Of a stretch of 61,536 bases of DNA, positions 50,906 to 60,447 are shown piece after piece; the first letter of the stretch is position 1; the number at the start of each line of letters is the position of its first letter. Location of the stretch: positions 1 through 61,536 of the forward strand of contig VCAY01000003.1 of NCBI GenBank assembly GCA_013607635.1. The letters are read 5' to 3'. Below the pieces are notes generated by a model. It had not been told where the DNA came from. It saw nothing but the letters and a program-made list of their open reading frames with translations, and searched no databases. This DNA comes from Campylobacterota bacterium. Lineage in GTDB: Bacteria; Campylobacterota; Campylobacteria; Campylobacterales; Sulfurimonadaceae. Position numbers and translations under genes: made by a program.

Positions 50906-52173
50906 GCTTCAATATCTTCCACCTCTTTTATTATCCCAGATGAGAGATTTTTATACCCTTTTTTAGTGACAAGGATATTATCCTCGATCCGTATCCCTAT
51001 CCCTCTGTATTTTTTTGGGATCTTTTTGTCATCTTTTGGCAAATATATCCCCGGCTCAATCGTTAACACCATCCCAGCTTGCAGTGGTATCTCTTTGCCT
51101 TTTTTATCTTTATAAGGGTTTTGATCATGCACATCAAGTCCCATATAGTGCCCTATGCCATGAGGGTAGTACTTTTTATGTTTTTGTTTTTTGAGCAGTT
51201 TTTTCACATCCCCTTTTAAGATCCCAAGTTGCACCATCGCTTCACACAACAACCGCTCAGACTCTTTTTGCAAATCACTTCGCAACACTCCAGGTTTCAT
51301 CATGTTGATGATCTTTTTTTGCACATCAAGCACAACCTCGTAAAGCTCTTTTTGCTCTTTGGTAAACTTGCCGTTTTTGGGGATTGTCCTTGTGATATCA
51401 CTGGCATAATACTCATACTCACAACCCGCATCTATGAGAATCATCTCACCACTTTTAAGAGGTTTATCGTTGTTGATATAGTGCAGTGTATTGGCATTAT
51501 CCCCACTTGCAACAATCGTTGTATAAGCATCACTGTAAGCACCTTTTTTTGTAAAAATATACTCAAACTCCGCTTGCAACTCATACTCGTATGACAACTT
51601 TTGCGCAAGCTTCATGGCTCTGTGATGCGCTTTTTTTGTAATGCCAAGCGCTTTTTTAATAAGCTTGATCTCTGCAGGTGACTTTATAAGGCGCATCGCC
51701 TCTGCAATCTTTGCACCATCTTTGTAGCTTAGAAGTTTTGGACTTAGCTGTTTTTGCAACTCTTGTATTCTTGTGTCTTCTACTTTCAAATCATAATACA
51801 AACACTTGATCCCGTCACTATTTTGCAAAACTGTATCGCAAAATGTATCACTCCCTTGCACTGCATCGACAATAAACTCTTTTTTCGCCCTTTTTACACC
51901 CACTCTTTTGCCCGTCCAAAGTTCCATTTTCGGATCTTTTTTTTCTACAAACAGCACCACTTTGACTTTTTTGTTACGCTTTATAAACAGCAAGGCTGCA
52001 TTATCCTCTTTAAAACCTGTGAGGTAGTAAAAATTGCTATCTTGCCGATAGGGATACTCTGTATCATTCGAGCGAATTTTTGGCTTAGAGCTGACAAAAA
52101 CTGCCAAAGAGTTGTCTGCCATCTTTTTAGCAAATTTTTGACGCCTTTGGTAGAACTCTTTTTGTGTTATCAT
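50884..52173 (-). CDS. pepP: Xaa-Pro aminopeptidase
   Basis: YRQDSNFYYLTG, LHY, IDAG-YASDITRT, HGIGH-GLDVHD, TIEPGIY, GIRIED; start ATG 52173. Confidence 0.94.
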   Translation of the reverse strand: MITQKEFYQRRQKFAKKMADNSLAVFVSSKPKIRSNDTEYPYRQDSNFYYLTGFKEDNAALLFIKRNKKVKVVLFVEKKDPKMELWTGKRVGVKRAKKEFIVDAVQGSDTFCDTVLQNSDGIKCLYYDLKVEDTRIQELQKQLSPKLLSYKDGAKIAEAMRLIKSPAEIKLIKKALGITKKAHHRAMKLAQKLSYEYELQAEFEYIFTKKGAYSDAYTTIVASGDNANTLHYINNDKPLKSGEMILIDAGCEYEYYASDITRTIPKNGKFTKEQKELYEVVLDVQKKIINMMKPGVLRSDLQKESERLLCEAMVQLGILKGDVKKLLKKQKHKKYYPHGIGHYMGLDVHDQNPYKDKKGKEIPLQAGMVLTIEPGIYLPKDDKKIPKKYRGIGIRIEDNILVTKKGYKNLSSGIIKEVEDIEAYALSCS

Positions 52174-52685
52174 TGAGATCTGCCTACTACCCATGCAACA
52201 CTCTTTTGTAACACCTCACCCAAAGCATCATTGAGTGCTTCCACACCCACTTTGGCATTGGCATGCTCTGGCTTGCGTTTGGCAACGAAGCGTTTTGTTG
52301 CCAGATGTTTTTGAACTTGCTCCATCAATGTAACTGCTACTATTAAAAGTTTCTCCCCTTGGTACAACATCTTTGCCATCTTCTCTGAAGCACTACCAAA
52401 AGAATCAGAAAAATTCTTAAAAAAAGATGCTTCACTCGGAATAACAGTATAGGTTTGTCCTTGCAGCTCAGTTGTTATTTGTGCTCTTGTCTGACCGACA
52501 GTAAGATTGATGTAAGTAAGCCCTGTAATCCCTTGAATGGGGGTGTCTTTAAGGATTGAGACAAGCACCTCAACTTGCTCAGAGTTTTGAGGGCTTATTC
52601 TTAATCTTTCAACCTTGCCTACACTGATGCCGCGAAATTTTACAGAAGCATCCTTGTTTTGTTGTATCTGTAATTGCGCTTCCAT
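52170..52685 (-). pseudogene. Chimeric remnant: partial MlaD/MCE domain fused to the C-terminus of an ABC auxiliary (PqiC-like) lipoprotein
   Basis: DASVKFRGISVGKV and QGITGLTYINL (MCE) without the N-terminal TM helix; C-terminal ATKRF..GVEALNDALG..AW. Confidence 0.65.
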
Positions 52686-52696
52686 TAGAAAAGTGT

Positions 52697-53191
52697 TTAA
52701 AAGTCTCTCTCTAACAGCTTATTTACCTTTAAGATAGTGATAATTTTATCTTCTTGTTTTCCTACACCATCAATAACCGTATTATCGCTATCAACCGTAT
52801 CGGGAGCAGGGCATATATTCTCTTTTTTGATACGAATCGCCATTGTGAGTCTATCGATCACAAAACCGGCAACATCATCACCGTCACGCATCACGATAAA
52901 CCTCGTATCTTCTCCATGTTTTTTTGCTTGCAGACCAAACTTTGTACGAAGATCGATGAGCGGTATAACAGCCCCGCGCAGATTAAACACACCCAGAACA
53001 TACTGCGGTACTTGAGGGACTCTTGTCCATGCAAAAGGCTTGATAATCTCCTGAATAGAAAGGATAGGTACCGCATACTCCTCCTCGCCGATCATAAATC
53101 CAACCAGCTGTACAACATCATCAAGTTGTTCTACAACACTATCTTGCTGTTGTGCTTGTTTATTGATAATATCTTTTAATTTATCACTCAT
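52697..53191 (-). CDS. cheW: Chemotaxis coupling protein CheW
   Basis: EEYAVPI, TRVP, GVFNLRGAVIPLIDLR. Confidence 0.96.
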   Translation of the reverse strand: MSDKLKDIINKQAQQQDSVVEQLDDVVQLVGFMIGEEEYAVPILSIQEIIKPFAWTRVPQVPQYVLGVFNLRGAVIPLIDLRTKFGLQAKKHGEDTRFIVMRDGDDVAGFVIDRLTMAIRIKKENICPAPDTVDSDNTVIDGVGKQEDKIITILKVNKLLERDF

Positions 53192-55554
53192 GATAGAAAC
53201 TCCGATTTAAAGTTGATATTTCTTTGTACAACGCTCATGAGGTAATCAGATGAGTACGGTTTAGTGATATACTCAACCATGCCCGATTCCACCCCACGCA
53301 TACGGTCTGATTTACTTGTTCTTGATGTAACGGCGATAAGTGGCAAGTTCTTATACCTGTTGTATTTTTTAATCTCACTTGCCAGCGAGTAACCATCCAT
53401 TCTTGGCATCTCAATATCTACAAGCATCGCATCAAAATTATAATCACCCGATTTTAAAATATTGAGCGCTTCTTGTCCGTCAGATGCTTCTATAAGAGTG
53501 ATCCCCATAGGCTCTAGTGCTTTTCTCATGATCGTTCTATCTGTTTTGGAGTCATCTACAATCATAACAATATAATCACTAGCTTGTGTCTTCTCTTTAG
53601 TTACACTACCACTATTGGCAGATTCATTGAGTGCAGTTGCTTTGACATCTTTTGCCATTTGCATCAGTGCCACAACATCGACAATGAGTGTTACACCACC
53701 GTCACCCCTGATGGTGGCACCGGCGATACCTTCAATACCTTTGAGATACTCACCAAGTGATTTGATAACAATCTCCTCTTGTCCCACAAGGGTATCAACA
53801 ATAAGCCCAAGCTTGCTAGTACCAAGACCAAGCACAACAACATACGCATGTTCACTTGAATCCATTATACGCTCAACCTCAAAAATATCACCAATATGGA
53901 TAAGAGAGAGAACATCATCACGAAGGCGCATCACATTTCTCCCCTCAACTGTATAGATCTCATCGGTCGAAATTCTTACCGTCTCCAAAACTGAAGCAAG
54001 CGGAATAGCGTAATGTTCCTCTTGGACACCAACAAGTAAAGCTTGAATGATTGCCAGTGTTAAAGGGATCTTGAGTTTCATCGAAGTACCCTTACCGATC
54101 TCACTGTCAATATCGATGATACCGTTGAGTTTTTCGATATTGGTTTTTACAACATCCATACCAACACCACGACCACTTACGTTCGTCACTTGTGCAGCTG
54201 TTGAGAAACCTGGCTTAAAGATGAGCGAGTACGCCTCTTTATCACTCATGGTATCTGCTTCTTTTTCGGTAATAATCCCCTTTTCAAGTGACTTACTTTT
54301 AAGCATTTCAGGGTCTAATCCCTTACCATCATCGTCAATTTGGATAACGATCTGATTTCCCTCATTGTATGCTTTGAGTGTGATTGTCCCTGTTTCATCT
54401 TTACCAAGCTCTTTACGAACATCAGCGGGTTCAATCCCGTGGTCACATGAGTTACGGATGATATGCACTAACGGATCACCAATCTCCTCAACGATCGACT
54501 TGTCAAGCTCTGTATCTTCGCCCGATATCACAAGATCAATCTTTTTATTTAGCTCACGTGAAAGATCGCGGATCATCCTTGGAAACTTGTTAAACACTTT
54601 TCCAACCGGAAGCATCCTTGTTTTCATAACAGCGATCTGTAAGTCAGTTGTTACCAGAGAAACAATTGAAACAACTTGGTTAAGCTCCTCTAAAAACTCT
54701 TCACCCTCATAGCGCTCTTCCACATCGTCGTTAATCTTTATGAGTCTGTTTTTTGCAAGAACAAGCTCACCGATAAGGTTCATAAGATGATCAAGCCTTT
54801 TTACATCAACACGAATCGTTTGCTCAACCGTGGTAGCTGCTTTTGGTTCAGACTTGCCGCCACCTGATGGTGCAGTAGGTTTTGATGGAGGCGGCGGAGG
54901 TGGAGATGCTTGCTCTTTTTTCTCCTCTTGCGGTTCTTTAGAAGATTCATCTGAATCGAGTGTCGGCACTTTTTCACCTGCAGCGATCTTCGCTTCACGT
55001 TTTTTTCGATCCTCTTCCTGTCTTTGAGCAAGAAGCCGCTCTATTTCAGCTTCAACCTCTTCAGGAGACATATTTTCATAATCTGGCTCCTCTTCTGTAC
55101 TCTCTTGAGCCACAGGCTCCTCTTGAGGTTGTGTAGCTTCTTGGACTACAGGAGATGCAACTTCACCCGTACCACCACTAATACGGTCTAGTTTTGTAAC
55201 GCATGCAGAAACATCGATTCCACCATCTTCACTCGTATCACGGATCTGATTAAGCAGTTGCTTCATAAGATCAACCGATTCTAAGATCACATCCATAATA
55301 TCCGGTGTTATCACCAACTCACCATGTCTCGCTTTATTCAGCACATCTTCCATGTGGTGTGTCAAGTGGGTTAAAACATCAAAGTTTAAAAATGATGAAG
55401 CACCCTTAACAGTATGAGCAACACGAAATATGCCGTTTAATAGATCTAAATCTTCCGGATTTGATTCCAGTTCAACAAGATCTTCATCTAGTTTATCTAC
55501 AAGTTCAAATGATTCGACAAGGAAATCTTGCAGTATCTCTTGAAATTCATCCAT
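53188..55554 (-). CDS. cheA: Chemotaxis kinase CheA with C-terminal receiver domain
   Basis: Hpt FRVAHTVKG, HIIRNSCDHG, SGRGVGMDVV, CheW-like domain, receiver DIEMPRMDG. Confidence 0.97.
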   Translation of the reverse strand: MDEFQEILQDFLVESFELVDKLDEDLVELESNPEDLDLLNGIFRVAHTVKGASSFLNFDVLTHLTHHMEDVLNKARHGELVITPDIMDVILESVDLMKQLLNQIRDTSEDGGIDVSACVTKLDRISGGTGEVASPVVQEATQPQEEPVAQESTEEEPDYENMSPEEVEAEIERLLAQRQEEDRKKREAKIAAGEKVPTLDSDESSKEPQEEKKEQASPPPPPPSKPTAPSGGGKSEPKAATTVEQTIRVDVKRLDHLMNLIGELVLAKNRLIKINDDVEERYEGEEFLEELNQVVSIVSLVTTDLQIAVMKTRMLPVGKVFNKFPRMIRDLSRELNKKIDLVISGEDTELDKSIVEEIGDPLVHIIRNSCDHGIEPADVRKELGKDETGTITLKAYNEGNQIVIQIDDDGKGLDPEMLKSKSLEKGIITEKEADTMSDKEAYSLIFKPGFSTAAQVTNVSGRGVGMDVVKTNIEKLNGIIDIDSEIGKGTSMKLKIPLTLAIIQALLVGVQEEHYAIPLASVLETVRISTDEIYTVEGRNVMRLRDDVLSLIHIGDIFEVERIMDSSEHAYVVVLGLGTSKLGLIVDTLVGQEEIVIKSLGEYLKGIEGIAGATIRGDGGVTLIVDVVALMQMAKDVKATALNESANSGSVTKEKTQASDYIVMIVDDSKTDRTIMRKALEPMGITLIEASDGQEALNILKSGDYNFDAMLVDIEMPRMDGYSLASEIKKYNRYKNLPLIAVTSRTSKSDRMRGVESGMVEYITKPYSSDYLMSVVQRNINFKSEFLS

Positions 55555-55565
55555 ATTTTATACTC

Positions 55566-56507
55566 CTACTTTTTTGTATGTTCATGAACCACTTTAGACA
55601 CCTGTTCATGGAACTGACCTGCTTGAAATTTAACAAGGTATGCCTCACCGCCTGCTTCCAAACCCCTTCCTTCACTGAAGTGATCACTAATCGATGAGTT
55701 AAATACGATCGGTATATCTTTAAACCTAGGATCATCTTTCACATTTGTCGCAAAATGAAACCCATCCATTTTTGGCATCTCTACATCAGAGATGATAATT
55801 TTCAGCTTGTTTTGCAGATCATCGCCATGAGCTCTATACAACTCTTCAAGCTTCACTAATCCATCTTCACCATCAATAGCACCGATAACTTCAAAGCCCA
55901 TTTTAGAAAGCGCACCTTTAACAATCTTTCTCGCTGTTGCACTATCATCAAGCACCATAGCCAAACCGGAAAAATGTCCGATATCTTCCACTTTTACCTC
56001 AGTTTCCGGCTCATACAGACCAAGATCCTGCACAACACTCTCAAGGTCAAGTATCAAAAGAACCTTCTCATCTTCTATCTTGGTCACACCTGTAATTTTG
56101 TTGCTATCAATACCATTAGCAGCGCTGACAAAAGTTGCCGGCTCAATTTCACTCCAAGATATACGCCTGATCCTTTTGGCATCATGTACTATAAAACCGA
56201 TAAGAACATTATTAAACTCCGTAATGATAACACGAGCATTCTCTTGCGCTTCTTGGGGTTCTTTAACCCCCATCCATTTAGCAAGATTCACTACAGGGAT
56301 CACCACATCACGAAGATCAAAAATCCCCTCTATAAATTCTGGTGTACCCGGCAGCTCTGTTAAAAAAGGAACTTTTATAATCTCTCGAACCTTTGAGACA
56401 TTGATCCCATAGATCCCCTCATAGACCTCGCCATCTTCCTCTTTAAAGATACGAAAATCTACAAGTTCCATCTCATTAGAGCCAACTTTTAAGGAATTGT
56501 CTTCCAT
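55566..56507 (-). CDS. cheV: Chemotaxis protein CheV
   Basis: CheW domain (YGINVSKVREI) plus receiver domain (SDVEMPKMDG). Confidence 0.95.
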   Translation of the reverse strand: MEDNSLKVGSNEMELVDFRIFKEEDGEVYEGIYGINVSKVREIIKVPFLTELPGTPEFIEGIFDLRDVVIPVVNLAKWMGVKEPQEAQENARVIITEFNNVLIGFIVHDAKRIRRISWSEIEPATFVSAANGIDSNKITGVTKIEDEKVLLILDLESVVQDLGLYEPETEVKVEDIGHFSGLAMVLDDSATARKIVKGALSKMGFEVIGAIDGEDGLVKLEELYRAHGDDLQNKLKIIISDVEMPKMDGFHFATNVKDDPRFKDIPIVFNSSISDHFSEGRGLEAGGEAYLVKFQAGQFHEQVSKVVHEHTKK

Positions 56508-56510
56508 GTT

Positions 56511-57248
56511 TCAACTCTCCTTAGAGAACTTTTTTTCTTCTAAAATCATATTCTCTTGCATCGATTTTACAACAAAATATCTTTGATTGCAAGCAAAAGC
56601 ACCTAAATTTGTATAATAAGTTTTTCCTATATCGAAACTTTTATTTTGATGAAAATGCCCTTCAATGAAGTAGTCACACTCAAGTTTTTTATCAAATCTT
56701 TTTTCAATAAAACCTGCAAACCATTCAAGCTGTTTACAGTCATCTTTTTTCCCAAGATGCTTGTCAACAAAATTTAAAATAAAATGACCAAAAAGAGCAT
56801 CAATTGGACGCAAAATTTTTAAGATGAGCGGATTGCGAATCAATGCAGTATAAAGTTGGTATCCAAAAGGAGCATCAAAATCACCGTGTGCAAGCCACAC
56901 CCCTTTGGTTTTGAATGTTGCATGCAATGGCTGCTGTTTAATTGGTACTATAGTTACATTATCAAACACCGCTTTGAGATTAAAGTCGTGATTGCCTTCA
57001 AGATAGATCACCTCGATCTTTTTTGCTATATTTTGCAAAAGCTTTATCACTTCGATCTTCTCTTTGTAGGTATGGGGGATGCTGCCAAAAAGAGCATCGA
57101 AAATATCCCCCATAAGAATAAGCTGTGCAGGTTGTAGTTGTTCTGAAACTATCGCTTCTAAAAAGAGTTGCAGTTGGGGTCTTGAAGAAGAAAAGTGAGC
57201 ATCAGAAACAATATATGCCCCCTCTTTTAGCTCTATTTTACGGAACAT
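56511..57248 (-). CDS. lpxH: UDP-2,3-diacylglucosamine diphosphatase
   Basis: SDAH, MGDIFD, EGNHD, HGD, GHFH; upstream of cheV. Confidence 0.85.
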   Translation of the reverse strand: MFRKIELKEGAYIVSDAHFSSSRPQLQLFLEAIVSEQLQPAQLILMGDIFDALFGSIPHTYKEKIEVIKLLQNIAKKIEVIYLEGNHDFNLKAVFDNVTIVPIKQQPLHATFKTKGVWLAHGDFDAPFGYQLYTALIRNPLILKILRPIDALFGHFILNFVDKHLGKKDDCKQLEWFAGFIEKRFDKKLECDYFIEGHFHQNKSFDIGKTYYTNLGAFACNQRYFVVKSMQENMILEEKKFSKES

Positions 57249-58242
57249 ACGCTATATCTGGGATCCCTGCATCTTCATCAAGCCCCATCATCAAGTTAGC
57301 GTTCACCACCGCTTGTGAAGAGGCTCCACGCATCAGGTTATCTATCGCTGAGGAGATAAAAAGCATAGTGCCTTTTTGCTTGACATAGATATCGCAAAAG
57401 TTAGTTCCTGCCACATCTTTCATGGTTGTTGGCTTATTACACACTCTTACATGGGGTGCATCTTTGTAAAACTCCTCTAAAACCTCCTGAACATCTATCT
57501 CTTTGTCAAGTTGCAAATAGATAGAGCTTATCATCCCTCTTGTTATTGGCACAAGATGGGGTACAAAGTGGATCTCTTCAAAATCTATTCCCAACTTGTC
57601 GGCTATCTCCGGGGCGTGTCTGTGCATAAGCGGGTTGTAGGCGAAAAGGTTGTCATTCACATTGACAAAATGGGTCGTATCACTCAACTTTTTACCGGCA
57701 CCACTCACCCCTGTTTTGGCATCAATGATGATTGGAGTGGCGTTTTTTCTATAGTTTATAAATGGTAAAATCCCTAAAATCGCAGAGGTTGGAAAACATC
57801 CGGGGTTGGCAACAAACTTGGCAGATTTTAGCTTATCTCTAAAAAGCTCCGGCAGTCCGTAAACGCTGTGTTCTAAATTCTCTTTATCGGTATGCTGGGT
57901 ATAAAATGCTTCATAGGTCTCTAACGGTAAGCGATAATCAGCCGAGAGATCCACCACCTTGACGCCATTTGCCAAAAGCGGCTTCACATATTCCATCGCT
58001 GTTTTATGTGGTAGAGCAAGAAAAACAAGCTCACACAATTTGCTTGCGGTATCAACATCTGCTTTTTGCACCTCAAGCTCACACACCTTGGCAAGTGAAG
58101 GGTGCAGTTGATCTGCATCTACTCCACCCTCAGAGTTTGCAAGATAGACAAGATCAAAATGGGGATGCTTGACAACCATCTTAACAAGTTCAAGCCCCGT
58201 ATAGCCACTTGCCCCTACAATACCAACATTAATGTGTTTCAA
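57238..58242 (-). CDS. argC: N-acetyl-gamma-glutamyl-phosphate reductase
   Basis: VGASGYTG, DLSADYRL, YGLPE, ANPGC, SGAG, DNLMRGA. Confidence 0.97.
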   Translation of the reverse strand: MKHINVGIVGASGYTGLELVKMVVKHPHFDLVYLANSEGGVDADQLHPSLAKVCELEVQKADVDTASKLCELVFLALPHKTAMEYVKPLLANGVKVVDLSADYRLPLETYEAFYTQHTDKENLEHSVYGLPELFRDKLKSAKFVANPGCFPTSAILGILPFINYRKNATPIIIDAKTGVSGAGKKLSDTTHFVNVNDNLFAYNPLMHRHAPEIADKLGIDFEEIHFVPHLVPITRGMISSIYLQLDKEIDVQEVLEEFYKDAPHVRVCNKPTTMKDVAGTNFCDIYVKQKGTMLFISSAIDNLMRGASSQAVVNANLMMGLDEDAGIPDIAYVP

Positions 58243-58726
58243 AAACGATCTCCTGATACTTCACCTCATCGATCTCAAACTCTTTCTCACCACCGGGAAG
58301 TCGCACTTTTACCTCATCACCCTCCTCTTTGCCAAGGAGTTGTTTTGCTAGCGGGGAATTAAAAGAGATAAGCCCCAAATCAGGGTTACTCTCAGCACCA
58401 CCGACGATGGTGTAGCTCACCTCTTCATCGGTATCAAGATCGGTCATCACAACCGTTGAGCCAAAACTCACTTTTGCATGCTCTAGCTCACTTGGATCAA
58501 CAATCTGCGCATTACCGAGTATCTCTTGCAACTCTGCCAAACGCGCATCGATATTTTTTTGCATCTCTTTGGCTGCATGGTACTCCGCATTTTCTTTAAG
58601 ATCCCCATGCTCCAGCGCCTCTTCGATCGCCTTGACAACACCCGGGCGTTTCACCTCTTTGAGCTCTTTCACCTCAGCTTGCAGTTTTTCATAACCAAAT
58701 ATTGTCATCGGTTCAACTTTTTGCAT
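58229..58726 (-). CDS. greA: Transcription elongation factor GreA
   Basis: HGDLKENAEYHAAK, ISFNSPLAKQLLGK. Confidence 0.97.
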   Translation of the reverse strand: MQKVEPMTIFGYEKLQAEVKELKEVKRPGVVKAIEEALEHGDLKENAEYHAAKEMQKNIDARLAELQEILGNAQIVDPSELEHAKVSFGSTVVMTDLDTDEEVSYTIVGGAESNPDLGLISFNSPLAKQLLGKEEGDEVKVRLPGGEKEFEIDEVKYQEIVFETH

Positions 58727-58771
58727 TACTGTCCTTGTTCTCGTTTTTTAAGAATTATAGCAAACTTTTGT

Positions 58772-59011
58772 TCAAGAGTTGATTTGTGAGAGATCTATCT
58801 CCAAGATACCATCACTACACACAACACTAACAATACACCCTTTTTTACTCACCTGTTTTGCGTTTTTTATCCCCTCTTGAAGTACAATTTTTTCTTTAGT
58901 GTAAGGATCGTACGCAAACAAGATCCCATCCTCTACTACAAACAGGCGTCCACCACCACACCCATCACCAATGATCCCCTCACACACCAAAGGGGAGCTA
59001 AGATCACACAC
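58772..59011 (-). CDS. Small Cys-containing hypothetical protein
   Basis: 79-aa ORF whose GTG start overlaps the tcdA stop; CEGIIGDGCGGGR motif. Confidence 0.65.
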   Translation of the reverse strand: MCDLSSPLVCEGIIGDGCGGGRLFVVEDGILFAYDPYTKEKIVLQEGIKNAKQVSKKGCIVSVVCSDGILEIDLSQINS

Positions 59012-59652
59012 TACTTCTTCCTTAAAACTTTCAGTGCCTCAGCACACATCGTAAGCCCAAAAGTGGCGGTCACTCCCATGAAACTCCCTTTCTCTTTTAC
59101 CTGCGCCTGCTCACTTGAGAAGATCACTTTGTATTTTTTGTTAAATTTTCTTTTTCGCAGCTCATAGCGAATCTTGGAGCCAAATTTATCGCCGTAACTT
59201 TTCCAAATATCCGCCACCTGCACTTTGGTAGGATCGATCCTCTTGGCACTCCCAAAAGAGCTAATCAGTTTTTTATAACACTTTTGCGCAAGAGCGAGTT
59301 TTGCCTTGGTATCATCGATCGCATCCAGTACAAGATCGTACGGCTCAAAGTCAAACGCTTCTACCCACGCTGCATCGATGCGTGCGTTTATTGGATGTAA
59401 CGACGGATAGTGCTCTTTGAGTGCATCCACTTTCACCTCCCCCTCATGCAGTTCAGACCACATCTGGCGGTTTTGGTTGGTCACATCATAGGTGTCAAAA
59501 TCGACAATCGTGATATCTTGCACACCGTTACGATACAAACAATCCAAACAAAAACTTCCAACCCCGCCAACACCGAGTAAAAGGATCTTGGCATTTTTAA
59601 ACTTTTGCAGATCATCTCCAAAAAGCACTCTTGTGCGTGTAAATCTATCCAT
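59011..59652 (-). CDS. tcdA: ThiF/E1-like tRNA threonylcarbamoyladenosine dehydratase (TcdA-like)
   Basis: GVGGVGS, VDFD-TNQNRQ, DAID, DIWKS-GD, VIFSSE, GSF-GVT-FG; start ATG 59652. Confidence 0.8.
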   Translation of the reverse strand: MDRFTRTRVLFGDDLQKFKNAKILLLGVGGVGSFCLDCLYRNGVQDITIVDFDTYDVTNQNRQMWSELHEGEVKVDALKEHYPSLHPINARIDAAWVEAFDFEPYDLVLDAIDDTKAKLALAQKCYKKLISSFGSAKRIDPTKVQVADIWKSYGDKFGSKIRYELRKRKFNKKYKVIFSSEQAQVKEKGSFMGVTATFGLTMCAEALKVLRKK

Positions 59653-60424
59653 CGATCCACCCTTGAAGTGTTTGCATACTCTTATAAGCTGTAAGATCAA
59701 GCATGATGGGGGTGATCGAGATATACCCTTGCGAGATCGCCTCAAAATCGCTCATACCCTCTTGCACACCTCTTGGAGAAAAATTGAGCGGATGCAATCC
59801 TAGCCAGTGGTACTCCTCCCCTCTTGGGTTTCTGTGCAGATGGGAATCGTTTGCGTAGTGGCGATACCCAGCGTAGGTGATTTTGATCTGTGCCTCATTC
59901 ACATCGGGTGGTATGTTGATGTTTAAAAACTCCCGCTTTGGCAGTGGAAAATCCCCCTCTTTGATCTTGATAACAAGCTCTTTAATGGTTCGCATCGCAA
60001 GGCTAAAATCTCCATCGGGTTCGGTAAAATCCATCACTTGGCTGATTGCAATCGATGGGATATCATGCAACACCCCCTCCATCGCTCCCGCAGCCGTACC
60101 GGAGTAGGTGATATCCTCCCCCATGTTAGATCCTCGATTGATCCCACTTACTACAAGATCGGGTTTAGAGTCTTCAAACATTGTACTTAATGCAAGATAG
60201 ATGCAGTCTGTAGGTGTCCCGTCATCAAGTTTGTAAAAATCGTCATCGACACTGATAAAACGAAGCGGTCGTGTGAGTGTGAGTGAGTGCCCACAGGCTG
60301 ATTTTTCATTAGCAGGAGCGACAACCACCACTTTTACATCTTCAATCTCACTAAGGACTCGACGCAGTGCCAAAACTCCCTTGGCTTCATAGCCGTCATC
60401 ATTGGTTACCAATATTGTATACAC
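59645..60424 (-). CDS. surE: 5'/3'-nucleotidase SurE
   Basis: ILVTNDDG, GTPTDC, SGINRGSN, YSGT, SITP. Confidence 0.97.
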   Translation of the reverse strand: MYTILVTNDDGYEAKGVLALRRVLSEIEDVKVVVVAPANEKSACGHSLTLTRPLRFISVDDDFYKLDDGTPTDCIYLALSTMFEDSKPDLVVSGINRGSNMGEDITYSGTAAGAMEGVLHDIPSIAISQVMDFTEPDGDFSLAMRTIKELVIKIKEGDFPLPKREFLNINIPPDVNEAQIKITYAGYRHYANDSHLHRNPRGEEYHWLGLHPLNFSPRGVQEGMSDFEAISQGYISITPIMLDLTAYKSMQTLQGWIDG

Positions 60425-60447
60425 ACTTCGCCTTAACTCTTTTTATT

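Noticed and set aside
54830-55180. Pro/Glu-rich stretch in cheA
   Set aside because: Ordinary linker after the Hpt domain
52697-57248. lpxH joined to cheV-cheA-cheW, and a CheA-receiver fusion
   Set aside because: Established arrangement in Campylobacterota
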